A stretch of DNA of 64,000 bases from contig OX597838.1 of the NCBI GenBank assembly GCA_951406725.2, positions 39,246,001 through 39,310,000 on the forward strand. Direction: 5' to 3'. Every line of letters starts with the position of its first letter. Position 1 is the stretch's first letter. This document shows positions 27,481 through 39,534 of this stretch, one piece after another. The DNA is from Octopus vulgaris. Its lineage: Eukaryota. A model generated the notes under the pieces. The model was not told the DNA's origin. It made no database searches and worked only from the letters and a program-made list of their open reading frames with translations. A program made the translations under genes and the position numbers.

Positions 27481-27935
27481 TATTGAAGATGTCTGTGTGT
27501 AGCTGAATAACATGCATTTACTACCCATTCCATCGTGGTGTGACGAACCATTGAGGGATATTCTTTGCTGTTACATGTAAAATTCCCTGCTAACCTCTCA
27601 AAGCACCACCTTTGAATATTACGATAACAACGGCATGATAAGTCTATATCTACCAAGCAAGCAAATAACCAATCAACCAAGATAAAACTATGTAACCACT
27701 TAAAGCATGATATTTGTAGTGGAGGAAGTATTTTTTCTCTGCAATATTTTCCCAGCTCCTTTTTCAGTCCTAGTGCCTATAGCTAAAGGAATATTTTCTC
27801 CATATTTCTATGGAAATTGAGCTTTATTAAAGTGTTTTTTAAAATCTTGGGCATATGGCATAGTATTTAAGGGCGCGGGTACTAACACCAAGATCCCGAG
27901 TTCGATACCAAGCAGTGACCTGAATAATAATAATG

Positions 27936-27966
<31 letters not shown>

Positions 27967-27968
<2 letters not shown>

Positions 27969-28133
27969 GAAGGGCTACAGCAAATATAAGAAGGGCTACA
28001 GCAAATATAAGAAGGGCTACAGCAAATATAAGAAGGGCTACAGCAAATAAAAGAAGGGCTACAGCAAATATAAGAAGGGCTACAGCAAATATAAGAAGGG
28101 CTACAGCAAATATAAGAAGGGCTACAGCAAATA
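27967..28133. repeat. 21-bp minisatellite (aagaagggctacagcaaatat), about 8 copies
   Basis: Read directly from the sequence; it gives the (FAVALLI)n artefact ORF. Confidence 0.93.
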
Positions 28134-28580
28134 TTCTGCTCAATACCACAGATTTGCTTGTTAGTTGATTAACCGTAACCAGTTGAGCATGTCCCTTAGT
28201 GGCTGACGATACGTGCATCTCTGATCATGAGCAGGAATAGTGGGGGAGCATCATAGCCATGTGTTGAGAGGGATTCTTTGGGGTTTGAATAATTCACCTC
28301 AGGAAACATGGGTGGTTCTTTCAACATCCTTAAACAACCCTTATTCAGGGACCTTTTGAGCGGGATGGGCTACTCAATCTGAAGAAAATTCTAACTGGGC
28401 CCCACCTGCAAGGTCATGTGCTGTTTATCTTGATATGAGATCACCATGTCGCGCACATATGGTTGTGATGCATGTGCCTGGTGTACCCTTATCAGACGGG
28501 TAGTCATGATGGGTATATTGGGCTTCGTATATTTTACCCCAGTGTCACTTTGTTGGCATGAACTGCTCTCTCACTCAATA
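28125..28580 (-). mobile_element. Non-autonomous repeat associated with (TAA)n tracts
   Basis: Reverse complement of 60184-60640; both copies abut (TAA)n. Confidence 0.7.
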
Positions 28581-28594
28581 ATAATAATAATCTA

Positions 28595-28910
28595 ATAAAT
28601 CGGATATTATCATAAAAGATCAGACAAAAAGGATGTGTTTATTAATTGACGTGAGTATTCCTTGCGATCACAATATAGCGGCAAAAGTATTTGACCAGAT
28701 TAATAAATATAAAGACCTGCTAATAGAAATTGAAAAAAATGTGGCATCTCAAGGCAACTACAATACCGGTGATTGTAGGATCTCTAGGAATGATAAAAAA
28801 GTTTCTGAAACCTATTTGAAAATGATACCAGGCTTACCATACCTACAGGAAGTGTAAAACATCGTGTTTACTGGAACGGCTCAGGTACTGAGAAGAGCAC
28901 AATCGCTGTT
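28595..28910 (+). mobile_element. R4/Dong-like RLE 3' fragment
   Basis: DII..CLLIDVSIP..KYKDLLIEI..GTAQVLRR, starting after (TAA)n. Confidence 0.75.
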
Positions 28911-29083
28911 AAAACAACATCCACCAATGAATTTATTTATTTATTAATTTTTAAATACATATTTTACCTGTGAATTTGAGTGTGTAATCTGGGAATGCAT
29001 ACAATGACCTTCTCTGCCCTAGGTGTACGGAAAACACTCGGCGAGAAACGGAAGAAAATTTGAAGAAAGAAAGAGAAATAATA

Positions 29084-29145
<62 letters not shown>

Positions 29146-29439
29146 CATAATAATAATAATAATATTTGTGTCATTAGTTCCTGCGAAACTGGTAAATTCA
29201 AACTGTCACAAATATAAACATCTCCGAAAAAACTGGTTGATAAAACAAAATTATTGTCCCTGGTGTGATGAATAAACAGTGTGTGGTATGGATTGTATGT
29301 TAGAAATTCCGTGTGATTATTATTCAGGTCACTGACTGCATGGAAACGAACGCTGCATCTTGGGATTAATAGCACGTGGGCATATGGCATAGTGGTTAAG
29401 AGCGCGTGCTACTAACTCCATGTTCCAGAGTTCGATTCC

Positions 29440-29491
<52 letters not shown>

Positions 29492-29494
29492 TTA

Positions 29495-30061
29495 AAGAGC
29501 GGCAGTAGCCCAACATGTGTATGTCAACAACAAAATGAAAGTGCAGTCTTCTTGCGCTTATAGAGTATCTCAACAGGCATGATGGAGCTGCACAATATAT
29601 TCACTGGCAAAATTGCAAAAGCCTGAACTTGCCCCATGAAAAAAAAAAACTGCTGGGAAGATAAACCACCCCCAGTGCTTGGAAATGACCACATCTCACT
29701 CCTCTCGAACTTCACCATTCAAACTGACAGAAAGATAGATGCGAATAGGCCAGACATCATATTGAAAGACTTCAGACAAAGAACATGCCTCCTCATTGAT
29801 ATGACTGTCCCAATCGATATAAACGTATCTGTCAAGACCTACCAAAAACTGAGCAAATATAAAGATCTTGAAATAGAAATCAGCAAACTGTGGAACCTGA
29901 AGACTAAAACAATACCTGTTGTCATAGGTGCCCTGGGAATGATAGCAAAAGGGGCTGATTGCTACCTAACTCAGATACCAGGAAACCCCAAAATGGCAGA
30001 AATTAAAAAGATAGTGCTCATGGGAACTGCTCATATCCTACGCAAAATACTTTCTATGTAA
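29495..30061 (+). mobile_element. R4/Dong-like RLE 3' fragment
   Basis: ORF 29636..30061 reads RPDIILKD..LIDMTVP..KLSKYKDLEIE..GTAHILRK, starting after (TAA)n. Confidence 0.8.
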
Positions 30062-30776
30062 TTTCAAGTGTGACATGCTAATATTCCCATTGAAACTTGT
30101 GGGTACAGATTGAGAAAGTAGGCTTTTTCATGAAGAAGGTTTTGAATTGCAGTCGCAAGAGCATCGCCATTGACGCTGCATGTCTCCAGATTTTCACCAG
30201 AAGGAATCTATATTTTATAGTGAAGAAGCTTCTATGGCATCTACTGCTTTTCTTCTCATATCTCTGTATACAACTGCCTGGTTTTGGTTAAATTTTTCCT
30301 TGATTATTTTCTCACTTTCCCTTCATTGATGTTGGAGTTTCTCACTGATAGCTTTTTAGCTTCTTTTGAAGGTTGATCAGTTCAATAAAGTCAAACATTA
30401 CTTCCATCTTCTTCACTTTGTGTTGGCGAGACGTATAGTGATTTGATGTACGTATGTGTGTATGTATGTATGTATGTATGTATGTATGTATGTATGTATG
30501 TATGTATGTATGTATGTATGTATGTATGTGTTTACGGGTTGAGTTATAGATAAAATAAACACCAGCGAGGTTATGATCCACACAGAACTTGTAGGAGCTG
30601 TTTAGAGGTATTCAACGCTCTTCTGTTGGTGGCTAAAACCATGTAAATGTAGGGAATCCCTTTCGTATTCAGCGAGTATCTGAGGGTCGCAAGTGTCTCG
30701 CTTCTTAATCTATTTTCCCACCGCTTGCAGAGTTGAATTTGCCTCCTGATTCAAAGTGAAACAAAATGTGTTACTA

Positions 30777-30845
<69 letters not shown>

Positions 30846-30963
30846 CTATCAGTCTGTCTGATGTCCGCCTATCTGAATGTGTTTGTCTAAGTGTTATTGA
30901 CAGAGTGAGTTTGTCTGAGTATGTGTAGTTGATTAAGCCACCAATATATTTTTTATACTGCAG

Positions 30964-31075
30964 GTTGTGGATAAATCTTGGCATGATGTCTGACAAATGC
31001 AAAACGCCATCTGCTGACCAGTTAGGACCATGGATCAAAGCCCACTACAACGGTGACAAAAGGAATTTAACTTAA
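30964..31075 (+). CDS. Stanniocalcin-like gene L, terminal coding exon C
   Basis: ttttttatactgcAG acceptor. A phase-2 join gives (M)LWINLGMMSDKCKTPSADQLGPWIKAHYNGDKRNLT*, which supplies the 10th Cys. Paralogous exon at 51104-51233. Confidence 0.8.
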
Positions 31076-31169
31076 TGTACCTAGTTACTGAGAAGAATTG
31101 AAGATTTACTGGCTTGTCGGATTCTGGACTTGGTTACTGAGTATAGCTACCAATGATGATGATGATGAA

Positions 31170-31255
<86 letters not shown>

Positions 31256-31550
31256 TAATAATAATAAATGGGGACTGTTTCATTAGTGCCGTATGTACTT
31301 GTAATCATGTACATGTATACACAAACAATACTAGCTTCCATATAGTTATACCTCCTATATTATTTATACATACATACAGGCATATATGCATATATATACA
31401 TACATACATATATATATAAATATATATAAATATATATATATACAAATATGTATGTATGTATTATATACATATGAGTATGTATGTATTATATACATATATA
31501 TATATATATAAATGTACATACATGTATATATTCATACATACATACGCTTG

Positions 31551-31626
<76 letters not shown>

Positions 31627-32354
31627 GCATGCATGTATATTGGTATATCCAAGCAAGGAGGAACATGCACATATGGAAAGTACTTTAACTATCTGTAGAA
31701 TAAAAAAATAACCAATTAATGATTATGAGAAATAAAGTTTGATGCCACTTCTGCTAGATCATTGCTATTTTTACTGTTATTATTGTTTGTGTTTCCTTGT
31801 TTAACCCCAGGGCCTCGAAACAGTGTTAACTGACGTTTCAACCATAACCATCACGAAGTGTTTTGTCTTTAAATAGATTTTCTCAAATTTAACAAATATT
31901 AGTTGATTTGGAAATTCGTCCATATTTATTTCGAAACGTTTATTTGAATAACACAAAGAGAGGACAATCATTTGAATCAACAAAAATACTATGAACATAA
32001 TGGTTAAAGCAACAATAAAATAACAACAAAAACAACTATTACATTTTGCTGAACCGCTAAGTGACGGGCGCAGGAGTGGCTGTGTGGTAAGTAGCTTGCT
32101 TCCCATGAGTCTTTGAGACTTCCCATGAGTCTTTGTTGTCAGTGTGCGCATGCGCCATTGTGTTGTGCACTGACGCAGATGTGTTTAGCCTGCCAAAAGA
32201 AGCTGCTGCAAGGTAAGGCCCTTCTCTTGGACCCGGGGAGGGTCGTTGTCTGTGCTTATATATTTTACAAACAGGGATTCCTCACTGAATTGAGGATGCA
32301 GGTCTACTTGTGGTTCAGCAATATGCTCCATAGCAAATGAAGATTTTTTTCTCA

Positions 32355-33400
32355 TTTTCTGGTGGGCGTATTATTCAAATACTTTGTTTCTACAACAACA
32401 TTTACCATTATTGGAAAACTGTATTTCAAGTGTTCACATGAAGTGAAAATATTTTTCTCACTGTGAGAAATATAGTTTGGTGACTATCCTGCCGACTACG
32501 TTGGAAAGTGTCACTCGTGCCTGCAGCCAGGTCACAATAAAAAGAACTGCTCCCAGGACCATCGTAAGGTCCTGGAACAGTCACTGGATGCCATCTCCCC
32601 TACCTGGTCAAAGGGAGAGGTGGGTGTGGTTGAGGAGGCTTCAAAAGATTAAAAAGCAAAAAGGTGGGCCACTATTGTTACCCGCCAAAGGACCCTAAGG
32701 CTTCTGGAGGTTGGGTAGAGACTCCGGACAAAGCGGAAGAGCTCAATTCTCCCGAAGTCAGGGAGAAAAGAAAAAAAGAAAGAAGAAGAACGGGTCATTG
32801 CAGGAGGGAGATGATGTGCCGTCTGCATGTCCCGAAGTTGTGCCACCCACGGTGGAAGAAACGACCGTCACCCTTAAAGATAATGTATTAATTATCTTTT
32901 TCTACAAGGACGGGGATGTGGAAAAAGTAGTCGAAGAACATAAAGAGACAATAGATATGCCCTTCACACAGGGTTCCGAATGGCCTCCGCAGATAGCTGT
33001 GGAGGTCATAAGGTTTCCCTTGTGGGAAAGGCTTAAAGGATATGGGGAGGAGTTTCGTATATGGCCGGGTGGACATTACACGACCCAGATGTCCTTCATG
33101 AAATGGCGGGATACAGGAACTCAAGCGGCATTGAAGATGATGATGAATATATCGATGAGTAGGAGGTGAAAAAGCCTCGTGAGAGGGTTTGAAACCTCTT
33201 TTTATTGTATTATTTGTAGTGGTTTATAACTTCAATTGTGTGTTTTTCATTAAAAAAACAGGTTAAGTAAGAGGTTTTAGTGCCTCCTTGTAAGAGGTTT
33301 GAAATCTCATATTGATTTAAAAAAAAAAGAAAATATGTTTCCGAGAAAAATCCAATCGGTGGGAGTTGGGTCTCGTCTCTCATTTATTCATTTTATTTCA
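32355..33400 (+). mobile_element. Degenerate gag/ORF1-like retroelement remnant with a CCHC zinc knuckle
   Basis: 32509-32550 translates to CHSCLQPGHNKKNC, followed by ORF 32711..33169. The mirrored copy at 48890-49820 lacks the knuckle. Confidence 0.5.
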
Positions 33401-33955
33401 TTTTCATTCCTTAATGAGTTTGTCCAGCCCGCAAAGCTACCCAATCTTTGTACTGTCTATATGACAAATTTTATGAAATAAAGTAGCTTGCTTACGAACC
33501 ACATGGTTCCGGGTTCAACCCCACTGCGTGGCACCTTGGGCAAGTGTCTTCTACTATAGCCTCGGGCCGACCAAAGCCTTGTGAGGTAGACGGAAACTGA
33601 AAGAAGCCCGTCGTATATATATGTGTATATGTATGTGTGTGTGTGTTTATGTGTTTTGTGTTTGTCCCCCAAACATCGCCTGACAACCGATGGTGGTGTG
33701 TTTGCATCCCCGTAACTTAGCGGTCGGTAAAAGAGACCGGTAGAATAAGTACTAGGCTTACAAAGAATAAGTCCTGGGGTGGATTTGCTCGACTAAAGGT
33801 GGTGCTCCAGCATGGCCACAGTCAAATGACTGAAACAAGTAAATGAGTAAAAAGAGTAAAAGAGTACTACAAGTATGAAAACGACAACAGCAATACTCCT
33901 TTCTACCATAGGCACAAGGTCTGGATTTTGTGGGGAGGGTCACAGGCGATCACAT

Positions 33956-34560
33956 TAGTAACATAAATCAGGGTTTATAGATATACACAAATTAGCTAAA
34001 CTTATTATATAAGTAATTAACCTATGTCTATATTTAATATTTCTCCCATCTTGGGAATTATCAATTTTTTATTATGAGATAGTAATATCTCCATAAATTC
34101 AATTGCTCATAATAAACAAACCTTATTATCTATTCGATAAGATTTAGTTTTACAAATTATCTCCCAATTTAAATTATACCTAATTCCTTTAGATTTTAAT
34201 TCCCATATATATTTGCTAAGGCCAATAGAATTAATCAATGTTTTATTCTTAAATGAATGCATATGTTGAGTCAACCTTAAATTTAATTTTATTAGAAGTT
34301 GATCCCACGTAAATCGCATTTCAATTATAATTAATCCTATTAATATTATCATCAATCAAACTCACTAAACTTTTACATATTACATCATCCAAATAACATT
34401 TATTTATAAATTTACATTTTGTCTTATCTCTGCATGTACAATTAATAATATTTTGGTCTCTATTATTAATGGAATAATTTTTTTAATTTGTTAATAGGCA
34501 TTATTATCATAATACCTATTATTAAAACCCCTACTATTATTAATATATAGGGAATGAAAA
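33956..34560 (-). mobile_element. PLE GIY-YIG C-terminal/3' fragment
   Basis: HSFKNK..SIGLSKYIWELK..YNLNWEII..CLL resembles the C-terminus of ORF 44834..46471. 33956-34052 is an inverted match to 37415-37514. Confidence 0.7.
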
Positions 34561-34631
34561 AGAAAAACATTTACACTGTATTTCCTGTACCATGCATGGT
34601 TTCAGGCAATCTTTATATACATATATATATA

Positions 34632-35638
34632 TCTTTATATATATAAATCTGAGAATGTGTGTCTGTCTGTGTGTTTCCCTATAACTTAAGAACTACACAA
34701 CCAATTTCATTCAAATTTTACACATGCCTCACTTAGGGTCCAGTAATTTCATGGACAAAAAATGTTAACTTCTTGCCTAGAGCGAGCCCATAGCAATATC
34801 ATATCTTCTCAACTATTTCAGTATTACGTGTTAAAAGTGAAACAAAAATATTTCTCTATTTTATTTCAGATGCTTTCACTTTAACAATAAAAATAATAAT
34901 AACAATTGAATTATATGTAGTAAGTAATAATGAAAATCAAACTAAAGTTTAATATAATCGTAACATACCAAAAGTAAAAATAGCAATTGGTATAAAATTG
35001 CATCAATGATTTGAACTAGAATAATTGGTTTCACATGAATGGGAATAAATTAAAAAATAAAATTAGCGTGCAGAAATGGAATAGTTCAGATGGATAATAA
35101 AAAATTAAATTAAAGAAAAGACTATTGTCTATAAAGTATACAATGTAGAGAAAAAAGAAGATTTGAACACATGGAGGAAAGCACCTTCGAAAAGTGTCTT
35201 GGGGCGACTATGAAAGATATCTAATCAGAGGCGGTAAATTTTCTAAAATAGAAGCAAGTTTCGAGTCAACGGAGCGTGCAAGGGAGTACTCGACTCGAAC
35301 TTGCAAAGTGGAAATATATTTTATTTTTACCTTTATATCTGGGACGTAGGACATCCCAGAAAAATTTTTAAATGCCTCCCCCCAGAAGTAGAGGTAGGCT
35401 GGATTGTAACTACACTTCTATACAAAAGGGAGGACAAGATACAATTGATCGAAATTACAAGAGACGGGCTAACAATTCAGTATTGTTATCACTAGCGATA
35501 TCAAGATATAACTTTGTATTTTGCATTTTATGTGTAGATGTATATATATAGATGTACATGTAATATGTACACATATATAGACACATATAAACATGCACTA
35601 GCACTACGGCCCGGCAACGACGGGTCTTTAATGCTAGT
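34632..35638 (+). mobile_element. Non-autonomous Helitron-like element
   Basis: 5' TCtttatatatataaa..gtctgtctg; 3' hairpin cccggcaacgacggg followed by gCTAGt. Confidence 0.7.
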
Positions 35639-37399
35639 ATATATATATACGTAAACCAACGTATAGTAACTGAAAAATTCATATATATTAATACAAACAC
35701 GAAACTTACAATTACTTATTTTGCATTGCCTTTGGCTATATTTACAGCGTGTGTCGAAATATTTCTTATTTATTTCTAAAGTGCACTGTAATTAAAAACA
35801 AACTTACGCAAAACAGGAACCACTTCTCTGTGTGATTATTGTTGCGTAGCTCATGTCAGCCTATCCAAAATGTGGGTCCAAGAAGTTTTAAATTTGGCAG
35901 AGGATAACCCTTTTCAGTTCTAAACATCAGTTTAAGCCATTTTCGTCTCTAGAATAAGCAGAGGGAAGAGAGAAAAATGCACTCCATGACTGAATTTGCA
36001 TGTTATTTATCGACCCCCATTATAATAAAAAGGGAATGGTTGAGCTTGGCAGGATTTGACCTGAAAGTGGAGGGAACTGAAAAGAATTTTGTGAATCATT
36101 CAACTCGATGCTTTATCAATTCTGCCGGTCCTCTACCTTATGGAAGACGTATCCGCTGTCGAAAATAAGGGCGCAAGCCAGACATTTGTATAAGTCTCAA
36201 ATTTTGATTCGAAAGCAGCTATTTTGGCGGGTGGGGGCCAGTCGATTACATCCAGCCCCAGTATCCAACTGGTACTCATTTTATCGACTTCGAAAAGATG
36301 AAAGGCTAAGTTGACCCCGGTGGGATTTGAACTGAGAGCGTAAAGAGATATGAAATACTGCTAGGCATTATGTCTAGCGGTGCTGACAATTCTGTCAGGT
36401 AACGGGATTAAGGTACATTTATACTAAAATATGATTTAAGCTTTAAATAAATATATAATTTGAGCACTGATTGAAGAATAATGATTTTATTTTACTCAAA
36501 TTTAGTCATTAGAACCATCTCTGCTAGGGACATACATAGAATCACAGTGTCTAAACAAGCACTGGTGTCGGAAATAGCCAGTAGGCTTTTAAGATCATTA
36601 TTAGCGACAGAAGCAGTATGAATAGCAAAGAAGGAATATTGATCCTTATTTAAAAGTGGATGTTGTGTTAAAGCAAAAATTACTGCGATAGTTACAATGA
36701 GAGAACTCTGATATTGGCTTTTAGTGTATAAAAGCACTCTTCTTTATATTGCGAGCGGGAAGATAACTCACTTGCCATCGCCACCACCGAAACTTCCAGA
36801 TAACGGGATTTCGGTCTTCACTGACTTTGTTAATTATAGAAGCTCCACTGCTGGAGTCAGCAGCGATATCTCTGCTAGTGATACTCATAGAATCATAGTG
36901 CGTAAACAGGCACTATACTTACACATATACACATATATACACTCACACACATACACACGCATACACACACACATACAAACACACATTCATTCCCAAACAT
37001 ACTCATATTTAATTCACAATATACGCATGTATATAATTCGGTGGTAATCACAAAAAAATCCCCTTTAGTGGACCGGACCACAAACTACATAGGAAACCAA
37101 TACGTAGGAGTGTAATGTAGAGTCTTATGCAGTTGTAATGCAGTCAACCTAATGAAGGAGGATTATTTCATGAAGAGTATGTAGACTCTAAAGAAAGTCA
37201 GGAGGTACGAGATGAATATATTTATCGCACCACTTGATATCCATAGGATAACATTCATCTCGCAGTCAACATCATGTAGAAATGATTTATTTTAGTGTAT
37301 AATATATTACTTTACATGCCTGCAATCGTTTGGATGCTATAAAAGAACTATTGTACATTTTATAAACAAACCAATGTAGATATAGAAGTCTAGCTCATC

Positions 37400-38520
37400 A
37401 GATCAACAAATTATAAGATGGGAGAAATACTAAATGTAGACATATGTTAAATTACTGAAATAATAAATTTAGCTAATTTGTGTATATCTATAAACCCTGA
37501 TTTATGTTACTAATTTATGTAGTTATAATTCGTAATGAGTATAAATCAGTCGTAGATTATGTAGTGCATGAACCTAACTAGAATAAGATTAAACCAAGGT
37601 GTTTATAAAACGAATAAATAAATTGATGAATATATATTAATTTATCGAAATTTAGTTTATTTTATGTATTTTACGTAAAATGTTTTAGTTTTATATTATT
37701 GAGAATTTAGAATTTTTCCCAGTAATTGGTATATTAAATCTAGTTTATTTGTTATTTTCACCGCTAAAATACACATTTCCATTTATTTAATCTATAGTTA
37801 TTATTTACGTCATCTTTTCACCTGATGAATTTCTTAGTAACGCTAGGTTCTAACTTTAACGTTTAAAATTTCAGTTAAATGGTATTCTTCAATGAAATAA
37901 GTTATGATTTTATTTTTCATTAATATTGTTACATTTTATTTGATTATTTATTGTTACGATACATATATTTCTATATTTATTTGTTAATTATTATAGGTTA
38001 AGATACATACATTTATTTTATTAATTTAGACCTGAAGAGTTGCTGTATTTTTAAATCGAATTTTGATATCATCGATTTTATTATTATCGTTATAAATATA
38101 TGTATTTCTTTACTACCCACAAGGGGCTAAACACAGAGGGGACAAACAAGGACAGACAAACGGATTAAGTCGACTACATCGACCTCAGTGCGTAACTGGT
38201 ACTTAATTTATCGACCCCGAAAGGATGAAAGGCAAAGTCGACCTCGGCGGAATTTGAACTCGGAACGTAACGACAGACGAAATACGGCTACGAATTTCGC
38301 CCGGCGTGCTAACGTTTCTACCAGCTCGCCGCCTTATAAATATAGTTATAAATATCGTTATAAATATATGGTCACGAAACGCGCGTAGTCAGTTTAATGT
38401 CTATTTCATTTAGTGATTTTTAGAATGGTATTTATTATAATATATTTCAATTTTTTCTATATGATTTAATATAGATAATATCTTTCACTCTCAATTAAAT
38501 TACTTAATAGAGGATATTTC
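37400..38520 (+). mobile_element. AT-rich PLE 3' region/pLTR with a SINE-interrupted hammerhead
   Basis: Homologous to the PLE fragment at 33956. gac-CTGAAGA at 38029 and GAAA-cgcgcg-TA-gtc at 38376 flank a SINE. Confidence 0.5.
38101..38335 (-). mobile_element. SINE with a Tx1-like 3' tail and apparent TSD ttataaatata
   Basis: Minus strand reads aaggcggcgagctgg..gagttcaaattcc..cggggtcgataaattaagtaccag..tgtttagccccttgtgggtagtaaagaaata. Confidence 0.8.
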
Positions 38521-38535
38521 TCATTAGCTATATAC

Positions 38536-38568
<33 letters not shown>

Positions 38569-39124
38569 TGTATGTATGTATGTATGTATATCGATACAAT
38601 AATTGTTTCTTGTCAGGAACAAAAAAGGTTTAATAGGACTGCAATAGAAGTGCTCTATTGGAAGAGACAAAAATATCAAACTAAAATCATTGAACAAGCA
38701 AATACAAAGTCAACCGCATGTCATTTCATAATTCGAACATTTAATTATAGAATAAACATATAACCCGCAAGATGGAACAAAATTCATATGTACAGCACGT
38801 AATAATAATAATATGTTATGGTGCGAGAAAAATTCTTATCATTAAAACTTAGAATTAATATTCTAGAGATTCAAAGAGAATACATTTATAAAAGGACGTA
38901 GAAAGTAAAATATAATATAAGTAATATATAAAAATATATAGGTATATAAAAATATAGGCATATAAAAATATATAAAACATATATAAATATATATACATTT
39001 AGGAGCATGTAAAAAATATAATATATATATATATATCGTGTAAATAAAGTAAAATAATGTTCATCGTTTAGAAATCTTAATCAGGTAAAATAAGCCTTAT
39101 ATATAAGAAGGAAATCATGTTTAC

Positions 39125-39208
39125 TTATCCCTATGGCCATTTCAGGGGTGTATTATGTTTAAAGCACTAGGGTGCATTCAGATAATACCTCCTTCGTCAG
39201 GGGAAAAT
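39125..39208 (-). ncRNA. Type I hammerhead ribozyme with an intact catalytic core
   Basis: Minus strand reads ttccc-CTGACGA-aggaggtattat..ataatacacccct-GAAA-tggcca-TA-gggat. Stem III is palindromic. Confidence 0.75.
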
Positions 39209-39534
39209 ATATATATATATAAACGCAAAGATAGCCATCACGCACCAGGCCCGTACGGTGTTGTTTGCTTTTCCACTTTGGTATTCATGCACGGATATGT
39301 TTTATTATTACCCACAAGGGGCGAACATAGAGGGGACAATACAACCTGATGTGGGGTCAGATTCTCGGATGGAGTTACAAAAAAGATGAGATTAAAAATT
39401 CACAAAAATACAAGAATATAAAATCGAATGAAGAACAGACCGGAAGACATTACGGATGGAGTGGGGGCGGGTTTAGCTCGGACCCCACGAGCCCCGCCTC
39501 ACCACTGATACTTTGGTTTCGTCTTGTTTTACAT

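Larger units (their letters stand above)
21892..33955 (+). repeat. Left arm of a large inverted segmental duplication
   Basis: Blocks 21892-22540, 25940-27845, 29164-29330, 30590-31890 and 32355-33955 match the reverse complement of 63337-64000, 56530-58612, 51898-52065, 49820-51897 and 48335-49820, in mirror order. Confidence 0.92.

Noticed and set aside
27420-27680. ORF almost identical in both arms (56682..56933)
   Set aside because: It is antisense and intronic, has a non-ATG start and overlaps a SINE; nucleotide identity between the arms explains the conservation.
27967-28133. Regular 21-bp repeats as a possible CRISPR array
   Set aside because: There are no spacers; this is a pure tandem minisatellite in a eukaryotic context.
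36492-36900. ORFs in apparently unique spacer sequence
   Set aside because: No recognisable motifs, splice support or counterpart elsewhere in the window.
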